A stretch of DNA of 64,000 nucleotides from Antedon mediterranea (Eukaryota; Animalia; Echinodermata), in the NCBI RefSeq assembly GCF_964355755.1, contig NC_092671.1, forward strand, positions 2,852,001-2,916,000, read 5' to 3'. The notes beneath the pieces were generated by a model. That model had not been told where the DNA came from. It saw nothing but the letters and a program-made list of their open reading frames with translations, and did not search any database. Of the stretch, positions 32,255 through 46,111 are shown one piece after another (the first letter of the stretch is position 1; the number at the start of each line of letters is the position of its first letter). The translations under genes were made by a program, and so were the position numbers.

Positions 32255-32545
32255 TTTTTAGTCGCGTGTACTCTCAGCTTACAATGTCGGTCGGTCGGTA
32301 AATACTAAGGTTGTGTTTATGAACATTTAAAGTATCTGGATATTCTAGAGGTCTCTCCTGACAAGGCTAAATCAAAATTCTCCCTACCGTTTACAGACTT
32401 CTAGTTATCCGGCTACTCATGGCCTTATTTTCAGCCTGATTTGCATGATTATCATTATTATTATAAAATACATTGTTTAATCCAGCAAGGTCGCCTTCAA
32501 CTCCCCTGTTTTAGCACGCGACTCCAGCCATGTATATGGCCTTGT
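32255..32545 (+). mobile_element. Helentron-associated (HINE/Helitron2-like) non-autonomous element; a shorter copy lies at 32750-32843
   Basis: 5' ttttagtcgcgtg and 3' cacgcgact form subterminal inverted repeats; gtcg microsatellite; 3' hairpin gccatgtatatggc followed by cttgt(t); T-rich flanks. Confidence 0.6.
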
Positions 32546-32630
32546 GTTTTGCCTTGTGTTTTTGAACATTTATTTTATTTTATACGTATCCATCCAAACA
32601 GCGAGAAATTAGTCCATTACAGGATGGATA

Positions 32631-33115
32631 AGCCAATTTACACAGACGAGCGGTAACGGTATGGTTATTTCTTATGACCGTTTACACACAATGAGGAGCG
32701 GTTTCCACTCAGGATAGATAGTAGATTCTTTGTGGGTTAAGCTATTCGGTTTATAGTCGCGTGCAACTCTCAATATGTCGGTCGGTCACGTCGGTAAACA
32801 ATAACTTGAGCACGCGACTGCAGCCATGTATATGGCCTTGTTTCGCTTACCGTTACCGCTCGTCTGTGTAAATAGACAATCTGTAAGCACGCGACTGCAG
32901 CCATGTATATGGCCTTGTTTCGCTTACCGTTACCGCTCGTCTGTGTAAATAGACAAGCTGTAACGGTAATACAAATATAGAATCTATGTTATTCCTTACG
33001 TTATTCCAACGAGGAGCGGACGGGCGGTTTCTGCTGAGGATAAATACAGAATCTACGTGGGACAAGTTACGCGGTTTTTCGCTCTTACCGTTCCCGCTCG
33101 CCTGTGTAAAGTGGA
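32631..33115. mobile_element. Harbinger-like MITE interrupted by a HINE copy and a 77-bp duplication
   Basis: Inverted ends agccaatttacacagacgagcggtaacggta / taccgttcccgctcgcctgtgtaaagtggat; 32809-32885 is duplicated at 32886-32960. Confidence 0.55.
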
Positions 33116-33722
33116 TAATAATATAATTGATCGTGACTCATTTGAGACTTAAGTTTGGTTCCCACTTGGCCGTAACGTAAGGACGAGGCATAACACAAGT
33201 GAGTTGACCAATCACACAGCGACAGTTTGTACGATCCATCGCGTCGTGATTGGTCAAATTACTTTCATTGCGCTTACGTTCGTGCGTTGCGTCCTAGATG
33301 GAGTTGAGCATAGTCGTGAGTTACAGCCCTGATACTAAGTTAAGAACTATAGACCTTGAGATTGGAAGGAAAGCACGCTTAAATACCAAGCTAGAACTCC
33401 ACTAAGTTAGACATTGACGTATTTCCCCACGCACTAAAACACCAATCATATTAGTAAAACAATAATTAGTCGAAATCCCACCAGAGCGATTTGCATGTTA
33501 ACTAATATAAGATGTTACTAAGTTTATGAATATTTTCATGAACTATTATTAAATCATATATACGAAATTAAATCGCCCTTAAGTGGAAATTAACTAGAAT
33601 AAATTGTATATTCATTTATTCAATAGCATTTACATTTATCTTTCCTTTAAATTTCCATTTATATAAAAGAATGCACCGATCCGCAACTATCCAATATCAT
33701 CCCAGGACCACGGCCGTTCACA

Positions 33723-36700
33723 ATGCATTCGGAATTTAACGTATGTCTTCGTTGTATACTTTTCTTAACAGTTATTTCAATCTTAATCTTTCCAACAAGT
33801 AAGTATTTTCTGATTATTTTTTTTCTGATTTTTTTTTCTTATGATTTTTAAAAATTTTATTTTTAATAACGCTATAGTAATAACATTTCATTCGTGTTTC
33901 CAATATGTTCATTTGGTTTTTATTGTTTTTTTATTCATGTAAAACCAGAGAATGCAAAGTTGATTTGTTTGTATTATTGCACATTCCTCTACATAATCAC
34001 ATTTTAGAACCGCATGACTTGACTATTTAATATCTTGTATTTTGTCTAAAAAAATAAATCTTCGTGTTCTGTGAGAAGCATAAAAGTGCATGATCGCAAT
34101 CGTTAATAGTTCTAGTCTTTTTGAGTTTTATTTTATCAATATTTAATCAAATATTTACCTTTTTAGAGTTCGACATAATAGCTAATTGGAAATCCCCTTA
34201 AAAAACGTCAGACTTTTTATTTGGCCTAATAGGCCTCAAGACAGGTGTACTACAGTAGTGTTAAGATAATGTTGTGTAACTGTATGTGTATATTCTTAGT
34301 GTACCATATTTTAAACTTTTTAAACGATTGTTAATGTTTTGCATTAGGTACATTTTAGAGTATTTTAACGTATTTTATTTATTAAAATGTTTTCTATTTT
34401 TATGAGTGCGGCTCGTAAACAAATAAAAAATCCCGGATTGGGATAGGCCTAATAACATTAAATTAAATCTAAATTGTTTGTTCCACAGTACACAAATTTG
34501 TAGTTTCTTCAAAAATAATTTTTTATTTTCATCCAAAAATACTATATTAAGTTAGTGTTTTTTATTTCGTTTGTATTCGTTTTCCTTTCTGTCGAATTCT
34601 CTTTTCTTGTTTACACATTAGTATGCATTCACCTCAGGCTTGACGGTATTGTGTTACACTCCTTCCGTTAGTAATTAGAAACAAAATATGGCTGTTTGTT
34701 AAAAACGACAAAAAAAATGCAAGTCGTTGTCCATCTCCCGCGGCGAGTTACCATCTGAATTAAAGAGAGTAATACAGCAGCACGCGGGAATATTCCGACC
34801 AACAAGTGAACATGATATTGACAAAATACACCGATAGATAAAAATAATGCTTAATTTTAATTGCTCATGTTATAATATTTCACGTTTCATTTACAAACAT
34901 TTTAAATTAGAGAAGGATCCAATTTTCAAAGTCACAACTTTTTGTAAATTTAATTTAAATTTATTTAACTAACTCGATGAAAACCGCCACTAACAGGTTT
35001 GATAAACATAAAACAAGGTATAATAAAGAAACATTTTAACCAATAAATCGAAAACAGATCAATCAAATACAATAAATCATATTTCATTCTCTTGATTTTT
35101 TTAAACAAACATTTTAACATTTAGCATTAAGTGTAGCGAAAAGGTTTTTAGATACTATTATATTTGCAAGATAACAGCTTTTCTCTCAAGATTATAAATT
35201 ACAGATAAAGCCATCTCTATCCACTTCCTACCGACGAAATTAGTAGGACAACAATATTTCTTCTTTTTTATGAAACGAATGAATGCTGTTTGAGGACATA
35301 CCTTTACAATAGATACTACTTTATAGCAGAATTTTAAAATGAATTTTACAACACCCCAATGGATTATAATGACCAACCCGTAGGTCGACGTAACATTCAA
35401 CATACACTCCATACTTTTTCACCCACGAAGTGCACTATTGATACACATGCTAGCAAATAGACTAACTAATGACATTTTTTAACAAATCCCACCTAGGCAA
35501 CCGGTTATTTTCATCTACTACACTCGTGTCTTTCGTTTGTTGAATTGAATATATCAGAGCTGACAAATGCAAAAGATAGTAAACCAAGCACTAATAATAA
35601 CAAAGTTCGTTGCTCGTCTAAAGATGACATGTTTTTTTTTCTTATGATGTATCGTATACACAATTGTAGGCTGCGCTGATCATCTATATATAAATTTACG
35701 TAAGGGCAAAATAGGTAAATTTATAGACCCTTGGAGAATAAACAGAAATAGTATTGTAATGCTATACAATACTGCAAATAGGTATTAACCACTTTTGATC
35801 GCCATTTGAATCAAAAGTGTGTTGGTACTGTTAAATATAATATAAACAAATATACTAATAAACTTTATCACTGTGAGTGTGGGTAGCCCCTACTTTTAGA
35901 TTAAACACATAATAATATAATACTTTATTACTGTCGGTTGTTTCTCAACGTTTGTATTAATTAATAATTACAAAAATATAAACGTATTAGTGGTCTTTAA
36001 ATGTACTTTACTATTTCAATCGACCATGAGACAGTGACAGTTTTAATAAAGTATTAAATCGGAAATGTTTTACTCTATTTAGTGGTATATTATTTATAGG
36101 CCTATAAAAAATATTTCGTTACTGAGAGTGGATAATAAAGAAATATATTAAAGAACCATTTAATATAAAGAATATATTAAAAAATTGTTCCTCTTTGTAC
36201 CTATCCTCATCCCCAACGCTCAACTCTAATGTTAGATACAAAACCCTAAACTCTAATAGATACAAAATTGGGTTTGTTTAAATGAGTCCAAATAACAAAT
36301 TTGGACTAATTTGTGACAAGTTTCTAGGTGCTAATTTTGGTTGACTACATAAATCACTGTGTCTATTTATTTGTTTCTGTAAAAGACAATGTTTTATAGT
36401 CCTGCCGTACGTACATTTGAAATCGCCAGTTTTTTTACGCTGAAATTACTACCGGTATGTATTCGAGAACCATCTGTGGGCACGAACTAGATGGTACGCG
36501 AGCGAAGCGAGCGTACCATCTAGTCTATATATAAATTTACGTAAGGGCAAAATTCGGTAAATCGCGCCTTACTTCTAGAATTTTTACTCGATGGTATATA
36601 AAGTTGGTTCGTACTTTCGGTACTGATTTTAAACACCTGATGTAACCCTGTTTACTAATTAAATTAAGTTAGATAATTAGTTATTGACGATTAAAACGAA

Positions 36701-39700
36701 TTTAGGTTCAACGATTTGCCCCAAATAGGGGTGTTTCCGATCGTGGTATACACTGTCTAATGGATGTCCATCTTGAAACATACCCGCCACAAAAATGCGA
36801 GGAGGCTTCAAATTTTCCTATCTCCTCCTACGATAATTGTTTTTAATAGCTGAAAACCGGTTGAACAGCTAGAGTACAGCATCATAATGTTGAAGACAGG
36901 CCGATTTTCTTAAAAAAATACTATTTTGATAGATTTAATATACGATTATACAAATGTATTGATTTGCGATGAATGGAACATTCCAATCTCTGTTCGACAA
37001 GTTTCTCTCTGCTCCACAAGTGTCTATTCCCTCAGGCGTCGTAAAGGCAAGTACTGTATACTCATAACAGAAATTCGATCCATTTTTTTTTTCAATCTGT
37101 ACTGCCGAGGTTGGATATAGATTTTTTTAAACGGATAATGAGTTAGCGTTTTCAGTCGCCGTATATTATGTACAAATCTTTATTATTGCAGTTAAACCAC
37201 CCACATCATCACCCTTCCCTCACTGGCATGAGTAGTAGTAGTAACTAAGTTAAGTTAGATAATTTAATATTTATTGACGATTTAATCGAATTTATGATTT
37301 GCCCCGAATAGAGGTGGTTTTCACAAATTGTTTTACATTATATAAACATATACACGTCATAGTGATGTATCGTTACATGTACTGTACACTTTCAATCGAC
37401 TAGGACGGTGATAGTTTCAACAAAGTATTACATCGCAATGTTTTACTGTGTTTAGTGGTATATTATTTTTAATATTTCCTTACTAAATGGATAAAGAATA
37501 TATTTAAAAATTGTTCCTCCTTGCACCCATCCTCTTCCCCATCCCTCAACCCTAATGTTACATACAAAACACAACTTATTAAGTTTGTTTAAATTTGACT
37601 TAAACAATTTTAAACAGTTTCTCTTGCGGAAGGAATTCCCAGGGTGCTAATTTTAGTTGAGTACATAAATCAAAGTGTCTATTTATTCGTTCCTGCGGTA
37701 CGTACATTTGAAATCGCCAGTTTTTTAACGCTGAAATTATTATGTATTCAAGAACCATCTGTGGGCCCGACCTAGATGGTACGCGAGCGAAGCGAGCGTA
37801 CCATCTAGTTCTAATTCAATTTGCCTACTGCCTTAAAAAAGAAAGACGCGACATAGATGATTTTGACGTTAAACATGTCATATGGCCTAAGGAGACAGTA
37901 TATGAATTTAATTTAAGACTATAATTATTTTCAAATTATTTGTAATTAAATCATGTCAATACAATTTTTTAATTAAAATTTGTTCAAACAGCTTTAATAT
38001 TTGTATTTAATGAATGAATTTTATTTATTTGTTTAACCGCATGATGAGTTATAATATTTTTGTTTCATTTTTTTTTAAAGATGGTGGCAATAGGTGTAGT
38101 GATAGGTGCAGCGGATCCGACCAACAGTGTAGAAAAATCTGTTCTCAAATTGGCGGGAAACGTAAGGAAAACACATTTAAAAAAACAAATTTATAATTTG
38201 CAGATATATTTCAATAAAATAAAACATTATCAACATTGTACTTTTTTACTGAAAGTAATCATTACACAATATAGTTCTATAAAACCGTTTTGAGTGCGAA
38301 TATTTTCATTCAGTATTGATGGAAACTGCGGGGCGACCTAACGTATAATAATGTTGTTAAATGGTTTGCATGGAAACTAAACACACAAAGTTGGGTTTGT
38401 CAATCTGCACAGATTCAGAAACATTTGAGCACGCGCAACCTTTTTAGAATGAAAACACTTTTGGAACTTCGATTTAAACATTAAAACTCGTTTGTCTTCT
38501 TAGGTTCGGGAGTCACAGATTTACAAAGTTTAAATACAGACAAACAGGTTGGTATTGTTTGCTACTTCGTAACAATTACAATTACTACTTCGCAAGTAAA
38601 AGTTACCACTTCGTAAGTAAAAGTTACTACTTCGTAACAGTTACTACTGCGAAAGTAACTGTTGCTACTTCGTAAGTGACAGTTACTACTTCGTAAGTAA
38701 CAGTTACTACTTTGTAAGTAACAGTTAGTACTTTGTAAGTAAAAGTTACTACTTCGTAACAGTTACTACTGCGAAAGTAACTGTTGCTACTTCGTAAGTA
38801 ACCGTTACTACTTCATAACAGTTACTACTTTGTAAGTAAACAGTTAGTACTTTGTAAGTAAAAGTTACTACTTCGTAACAGTTACTACTGCGAAAGTAAC
38901 TGTTGCTACTTCGTAAGTGACAGTTACTACTTCGTAAGTAACAGTTACTACTTTGTAGGTAACAGTTACTACTTCGGAAGTAACAGTTACTACTTCGTAA
39001 GTAACAGTTACTACTTCGTAAGTAACAGTTACTACTTCGGAACAGTTACTACTTTGGAAGTAACAGTTACTACTTCGGAACAGTTACTACTTAGTAAAAC
39101 TAGCGACGCAACGCAAGGACGCAACGCAACGTATAGCTTGGTTCCCACTAGAACGTGACGCAAGGACGTAAACGCAACGCAAGCGTTTACCAATGACAAG
39201 CGAAGTTATAGACAGTTAGCAATCACAAGCGAATAAGCCATGCCATCGCTTGTAATTGGTCAATTCATTTGCGTTGCGTTACGTCCTTGCGTTGCGTCGC
39301 TAGTGGGAACCACGCTTAAGTGATTTGACAAATCACAAGCGATGGATTATTTGAACTGTCGCTTGCCATTGGTCAACACGCTTGCGTTGCGCGTACGTCC
39401 TTGCGTTACGTCCTAGTGGGAACCACGCTTAAGTAACCGTTACTACTGTACTTCGTATAAGTAGCATTTACTACTTCGTAAGTAACAGTTACTAGGCTAC
39501 TTAGTAAAAGTTACTACTTAGTAACAGTTATTACTTCTCTAATTCGTAATAAAATTCATATTAAATAACGATGGTAAATATGCAATTAAAGCGTTATTAA
39601 TGAAGTTAATGTATTAACAACCAAAATGTTTTACTAGGCGACGCTCTTGTTAATGATTATCAAATTTATAATTTCTATATTAAACATACATGTGTCAACG

Positions 39701-40109
39701 TTCACAACTTTATAAGATCAAATTAATCTTTGTCATATAACAATTTTTATTATTTTACCTCTCTTTTACTTTTAAGCCATTAAGTTACAACTTACTTGAT
39801 AGTCGGCTACATTTGAATTCATTACGTCAAAAGAGAATTATTTTAGAGGTACGTATTAATTTAATTTAGCCAAATTTGGCAAAATTTTCACATAATGTTG
39901 CAACCTAATAATTCCTTTTACATTTATCATTTTAAACTCAGTTTACTGTTTGTAAATTTTCCAAAATTGTTGTTAAATATATTTCACAAATAAACACATC
40001 ACAGTTTATGTCATACATCATATTTTATTATTGTAAATGTTTTTATTTTGCAGGTTCTACGAAAACACAAAAAATGAGCTTATTTTTCCACAATTTCACA
40101 CAAAATTAG
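33723..40109 (+). CDS. Small secreted 4-Cys peptide precursor A (70 aa). Exons 33723-33798, 38081-38161, 40054-40109: MHSEFNVCLRCILFLTVISILIFPTNGGNRCSDRCSGSDQQCRKICSQIGGKRSTKTQKMSLFFHNFTQN
   Basis: TATAAAA at ~33662; hydrophobic signal-like exon 1 with gtaagt donor; polypyrimidine-AG acceptors; both introns phase 1; CxxxC-x6-CxxxC followed by G-KR, completed across the splice junction. Confidence 0.7.
35683..36523 (+). mobile_element. Non-autonomous Helitron, copy 1
   Basis: a|TCtatatataaatttacgtaagggc ... hairpin ctagatggtacgc-gagcgaagcga-gcgtaccatCTAG. Confidence 0.8.
36524..37808 (+). mobile_element. Non-autonomous Helitron, copy 2 (head-to-tail with copy 1)
   Basis: Same 5' TCtatatataaatttacgtaagggc and the same 3' hairpin-CTAG|t; the last ~430 bp are homologous to copy 1. 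Confidence 0.8.
38560..39537. repeat. 21-bp (and 17-bp variant) minisatellite ttactacttcgtaagtaacag, interrupted by nested MITEs
   Basis: Units visible directly on both sides of 39099-39429. Confidence 0.9.
39099..39429. mobile_element. Nested family-B MITEs (long copy 39135-39316 inside a short copy)
   Basis: Two successive ctagtgggaaccacgct|taa ends at 39316 and 39429. Confidence 0.8.
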
Positions 40110-41049
40110 ATGTACAGTACCCTCTGATGAATTACGTCACCACTAAAATTATCACCGAAACTGAAAATAATAGATAGAAATCTAAACCTATTTATTAATA
40201 TTAAAGAATTAAAAATAAGTCTAACAGTATCCATATTGGAAAATATAAAAAGACAAAATGCGTTCTATATATAAATGATTAATGCGCATGTGCAGTTTTG
40301 GTTTTAATGAAATCCCATAATTTAATGAATAAGTTATCTCTGTGTAAATAATTGCTAAAATTAGCCACCAGTCAACTTCAATCGGTCAGCAGACGTACAC
40401 ACTTTACAAGTATAATTCCACGTTTTAATTAGTGATACGCTGCTTTCACTGCCTTGAACTAGTTTCAGACTTCCGTAACTGATTGCTGGATTATTTAATT
40501 AATTAATCAATGACGTTAGCTTGTAAAATCTACCTGATTGTCAAATAAAGTCAGTGTTCATCATTCGACGACCTGGATCTAGGACTTAATGACAACGTAC
40601 ACGCCTAGGACTTCGGATTTTCCGACGACCAGGGCTAAACGGTAATCCTTGGTAGGTCTAAACCACCTGAGCCAGATTCGGGAAAATTGATTCCTTTACT
40701 AACTTTAACAAAGATAAATGAATGAAACACCGTGGCCAAATGACATCACTACATTCTCTAGCATCTGGTCGTCGAAAAATCGAAATGATGACGATTATGA
40801 TGATAATTTGTTGAATATTACGACTACATCATACAGGATGATGAATAAATATAATACTCAAATAAACATTTTAATCGATAAAAGCGATTGATTGATCAAT
40901 TAAATAAATGATTGATGAATAGTGTTTGTTTTTGACTAACTCACAAAGTACGCAAAAAAGACGTAGGTCTACAATCTGTTTTTGACTAATATAGGTAGGG
41001 GTCCGGGACCGTGACAGAACGAGAACGGATGGGGACCCTTTTTTGTTTT

Positions 41050-41120
41050 TTTTAATGCGCCTTGAGCACTCTTGAGTGGTATGTGCGCTATAAAAATCCT
41101 GTTATTATTATTATTATTAA
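41050..41120 (+). mobile_element. 3' tail of an L2-type LINE/SINE
   Basis: gcgccttgagcac...gtgcgctataaaaat... followed by (tta)n, the typical L2 stem-loop tail. Confidence 0.5.
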
Positions 41121-41607
41121 TATTATTGAAACTTCATTGATATTTCTCCAAATGACCGTCTAACTGATAAATCAGTACATTTGGTACTTTAATTAATTTT
41201 TTTGGTACTTTTTAACCTTATATACGATAAGGCCAAACCCACCTACAAGAACTAAGATTTCCCTGTATCATCGCTTATTGAAAACGATCTGATATTAATT
41301 ACTACAGTATAATGTAATCAAGTTATTCATTTAATTTTGTACTACGTATACGAGTATACTGTATGATAATAAACGCGCATTTTTTTAATATTGGTAATAT
41401 GAATTACGGATTAATTAATTTTCGATGGCTATAATAAAAGGACGAGCATTGTAGTTCTGTTTAATTATAACATTGACTGAGTTTTATTGGTAGTACAAGA
41501 TTACAAAAGACCGATCAATGGTATTTACCATTAGATGAAATTTTGGTTTGTCAGTTGCTGGTTAAAGGAATAAAACATAAGACATAATATTGACAATCTT
41601 GTTCAAG

Positions 41608-43284
41608 ATGAATGTTGTCAGTGTTTTTATTTTGGCATTGATGTTGGCAGTATTTAGTATTAGCGATGCAATGTATATAAGAAAAAAAGGTAAGATTTGT
41701 ATCTTTAGTTCCCACCATTTTCCTCTATTATTTTATCTTCTTTTTCCGCATAGTATTCTTCCCATCTTATCACTTACTTCTTTTTTCTTATTTCCTCCTC
41801 CCTTCTTCTACCCATCTTTCACATTTCATTCTTATTAAGTATTTACTTACTAAGTTTTTTTCTCGTTTCTTCCCTTTCGACTTTGTAAATTTTACATCCT
41901 GTTTTAATTATCTTTTCTTCTCCATTCTTTTCTCCTGTTTTCGATTTGAATTTTCTTCTCATTTCTTTTTAATTCTTTCTTCTTCATCCTGTTCTGTCTT
42001 CATATATTTTTTATTTATTTTTCTTCTTTTTCCTTCAATCATCCTATTTTCATCTTGCTTATCTTTTATCCGATTTCTTATCGTCATACGTTCTTCTACT
42101 TTTTTTACCTTTCTTCGTTTCATTTCCATTATTCATACTATCTTCATCAAATTTCCTTAGCGTTGTACACTTAATTTTGTTTATAATTTTTGATATAAAG
42201 TCATATTTTAAGAACTACCTTTGAAATGGTAAACACAATTTGTCTTGAAATAGTATACTCAAATTGTCTTGGAGCATCAATACTTTTTCCTATAAAAGAT
42301 GGATTCAGTAAGCAATATTTGTCGATAAATGTCTGGGAACTAATACCAAATGTACTTTTTTTCTGCTCAGTATACCAATACAAATTGTAATTATCTAGAG
42401 CATTTGAAAAAAATTAAATTAATACAAAATATGGATTCAGTAAGATCGTTCATTAGTTCTTGACGAATGCCTGTCATATCAGCTATCATAATTACAGGAA
42501 GCAATACATAGGCCTATAATGAATAATATTGTTTACATTTGTTTTGTATTGAGGAACGACATGTGACAATTGCCGTGGTAGTGATAATATGTGCGCTTAT
42601 GCATGCAGTTCTGGTAGAAAAAGGGCTGATAGCATGATACAGGGTAAGATGGTATATTATACTAATAATATTAATTAATTAAATTGGTATTTTCTTCACA
42701 AAAAATAAGTAAGAACTTTGTCGGCCCAAAATAATTCCACTGACTTAGAATGAGCGTTCGGATTTGGTCGAAATTTGGTAAGTGGGAAGGAAAATGCTCT
42801 GGAAAACACTGGAAAATAAACCTGTTAAAACTGTTGACTAACTTTCTTTATTTTAAAAGTTTATACAACACAAGGCAGGCCTACACACAATTATGTATTT
42901 AAGATTACGTACGCTATGTTTTTTTGACAAATAATAATTGGTTCCAACGCTTGAATATCGAAACCGTTATCATTGTTGCTTTAACTTTTGGTAGTTCTTT
43001 ATCTTGAAGATTAGGAATTTTTGAAATAATTTTTTTCCTTCTACTTCATAAGTGTAAACATTTACATACAGGCAAAATTTAATATTCATTTGACCTAATT
43101 AATTGGCGTGATTTAAACAAAATATGCATTGAAATTCTGTGATGCGAGTAGTATCATCGGTTGTATCAATCAAAATCCATCCAAGATTTTAACACAAAAT
43201 AAAAAAATAACAATTAATTAATCAATTAAAATCAAAATGTTGTAACACATTTTTCTTTATCCTTTCTTAGGTTCATACGAGAGG
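41608..43284 (+). CDS. Small secreted 4-Cys peptide precursor B. Exons 41608-41689, 42554-42643, probable microexon 43271-43284; 3' end unresolved: MNVVSVFILALMLAVFSISDAMYIRKKGTTCDNCRGSDNMCAYACSSGRKRADSMIQGSYER...
   Basis: Classic signal peptide ending S-D-A; gtaaga donors at 41690, 42644 and 43285; CxxC-x6-CxxxC followed by G-RKR; shares C-x-GSD-xx-C-xxx-C-S with gene A. The exon 2 acceptor is an uncommon GAG. Confidence 0.7.
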
Positions 43285-43439
43285 GTAAGATGTATTTTGT
43301 ATTATTATTATTATTATTACCATGGCAATCTAATAAGACTGAGCTCCGGAGATCAAAGGGTTTATCAGTGACTGCGACGTGATGAGTTCCACGCCCTTTA
43401 ACAGACACCGCGCGATGCGGAGAATAATATTAGTATTTT

Positions 43440-43518
43440 TGGTATTTGTCGCAGCCGGACATAAGATCATATGACTGTTACGAGTTCCTATCTTGGCAAG
43501 GCGAGCTCAATCCTGTTG
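43440..43518. repeat. Dispersed repeat fragment; inverted homologue at 49858-49938
   Basis: tggtatttgtcgcagcc...ctgttacgagttcctat..ggcaaggcgagctca matches the reverse complement of 49858-49938. Confidence 0.7.
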
Positions 43519-44414
43519 TTACAGGATTAACTTGCTCTTACAGACAACCTAACAACATAAAAATAATAATATATTAAGCCTACAAAATAATAATCAATTC
43601 ATTTTATAAAATCATAAATAAAATTGTATATTATATAAGGAAATAACACTGAAAGCAAATAAAGTACTGTAAACTCCGTTAAAAAAAGAATTAATAGAAA
43701 AACTAATATGTTACTAAAATGTGTATAATTAAGGTAATAATAGACAGTATTATATCTATAATTTATTTCAGAAAAATACCGCGAATGATTATGAAGAAGC
43801 ATTTCAAGCATGTTTATATAACTGGTATTTATATAATAGGAGATAATTCGTATTAAAGGTATTTTACAATTTATTTTATCAATTCTATTTATTGCGATAC
43901 AAAATTAATTAAAATGGAGAGAATATTTTCATTCGTTAGAATTTTTACTGTAGGATATTTACGCTTTCAACGAATCCAAAATAGTCATTATTTTACAGCT
44001 TACTGTTTTGAAGTAAACTTTAATTTATTTATGTTGAAAATTAAGCTTTTAAAATTCAGGGGTTTGGGTTTTAATCACCAACTATATATCCGTTATAGAC
44101 AGCGCAAACTCGTTAAATTTTGATCGATATTCACTAGCCTACAGTATCTGCTTCTCCGCCTCCAACACAATTTAAAAATATTTAGAAAAAGCTAAGCGTT
44201 CAATACTAAAGTAGTATTTTCAGCTGGGAGAAACTGTACGTGATACGAAACCAACCAATCATTCAATGATTTTTAGATTTTGCTTCAACGCTGAATATTA
44301 TACCGTCATGAAAGAGTGAAATATACTCAGATTGACAGATTGAGTTTCGGCCAATTCGTGGCCCACGTACCATATTGAAGCTTAACGCGAAATTGTATTC
44401 TATTTATCTATTTA

Positions 44415-44725
44415 GTGAGTGAGTGGCCGAGCGGTTAAGACAGTGGAATCGGCAGGGGTTCGAGGCTCACTCGCTCCACGGTTCTGGTGGTAGAACGAGT
44501 CTTCTCGGATAAGGACTATAAACCGTAGGTCCAGTGTACACAACTTGCTCGTGTGCACTTTAAAGAACCTAGTACATCTTTCGAGACGAGTAGGGGGTTA
44601 CCCCGGTGTATTAGTAGTAGGCCTACATCACAGCCACTGATCACCAACTGGGCCCTCTGGGAGATCAGTCTTTGACTGAAGAGGTCACCCAGTATAAAGA
44701 TAAAAAAACCAAAAACAAACAAACT
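44415..44725 (+). mobile_element. tRNA-derived SINE with Meta/MESC-like core, near full length; inverted fragment at 44768-44803
   Basis: A-box tggccgagcgg; B-box ggttcgaggctc; core ctcggataaggactataaaccgtaggtcc...taaagaacc...gagtagggg; A-rich tail. Confidence 0.8.
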
Positions 44726-46076
44726 TACAACCAAATATTTGCTGTAGGCCTATTCTTCTTATTCTTACCTTATCCGAGAAGACTTGTTCTACCAACAGAA
44801 CCATATTCGAAGAGAGACCCATGTTAAGTTTGTTTACGCATTTTAAAAATTGCCTAAATTCATTTCATATTCGCATGCATTCTTTTTCAATACATTAAGT
44901 CGTAAACTTATATTCTATGTACACGATTTATATTCCATGCTCCTGGAGGCCTTACACATTTTTATTGTATTTATTGATTTTATCAACACTTAAAACATCA
45001 CGTAGATCAAACATCATGTATTTCATTAGACATTTACTTTATTTGAATTGCATTTTTTTCTCTACATAATAGATCCGTGATGTGGAATAATGAGCACAGT
45101 TTTACAGATGCACTTACTTTGATAAGAATATATAATATTTGAAAATGAGTTTAGACTCATCCATCGTTTCTATTCAATATTACTGGATTCAAATATGCAT
45201 ATAATAGCAACTTATAGTGTAATTTGAAACAAAATATAAACATAGTTATTAATAGCCTATTAATCTCGAAATTTGTTTTTTCAAATTTTAATGTTTTTAT
45301 AGAAACCAAATTATAGAAAAGCTGATATTTAGAAACTTTTTAGATTTGGTATATCTTTGTCGTTTAACTTGCAAAATTATAATGCTGTACTGACGTAACC
45401 ATTTTGGCTCCACGTTTCGCTGTGTCCTGTTTGATAGATAGACGTTTGTTTTTTATATAGATGTCGATTTAATCTCCTTAGGCACTATACTTTTAAAAGG
45501 CGGTTATCCTATAGTCAAATCTATTCGTTAGTGCGAATAAAACAAATTCTGAGCTCTAAATGCTTGCGTACTTTTTCGCATCGCAAAAAGGAGCAATCGC
45601 TTAATGGAAATACCAATAAGCATGCGTATAGTCATGTTGACGCTTCACTCAGTGAAAACCCGAAATTCTTGTCAAAAACGACATACTGTAAAAGGTACTC
45701 CTGTAGCTTCCTATGGTTAAATATCTGGCGCCCTCTATCTATAAATTAACTTTTATTTAAATATTAAATTGTACGAATTCACTTTAAAAAAAATGAATCT
45801 AAAATAATCTTTAGATCAAATTATTTAATAAAATGAAGTATATCGAATCAAGTTTTAGAATTTTATTTCTGTGTACGTGTCGTTAAGATTATTTTACATG
45901 TTTAAAAATGCTATAGCGCCATCAGGATTGTCAGTAATTACGTCCTCTTCAGGAATACGTGTAGTTCCAAAACCACAAAACTAAATTGATCTTGACTGAC
46001 TATTCCAAGCCTACTGACGATAATTATGACGTCGACGATGTTTAAAATTGGCAACGAATAACATTGACTGTTTTAC

Positions 46077-46111
46077 CAGGGAGTTGTAAAATAAAATTTT
46101 ACAACTCCCTG
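46077..46111. mobile_element. 35-bp palindrome with perfect 7-bp TSD; putative P-element excision footprint
   Basis: gttttac|cagggagttgtaaaataaaattttacaactccctg|gttttac. Confidence 0.65.

Noticed and set aside
42554-42643. Trissin orthologue (CDNC...CAYAC resembles the trissin N-terminus)
   Set aside because: Only 4 Cys, different spacing, and no C-terminal CCFNYL-like half.
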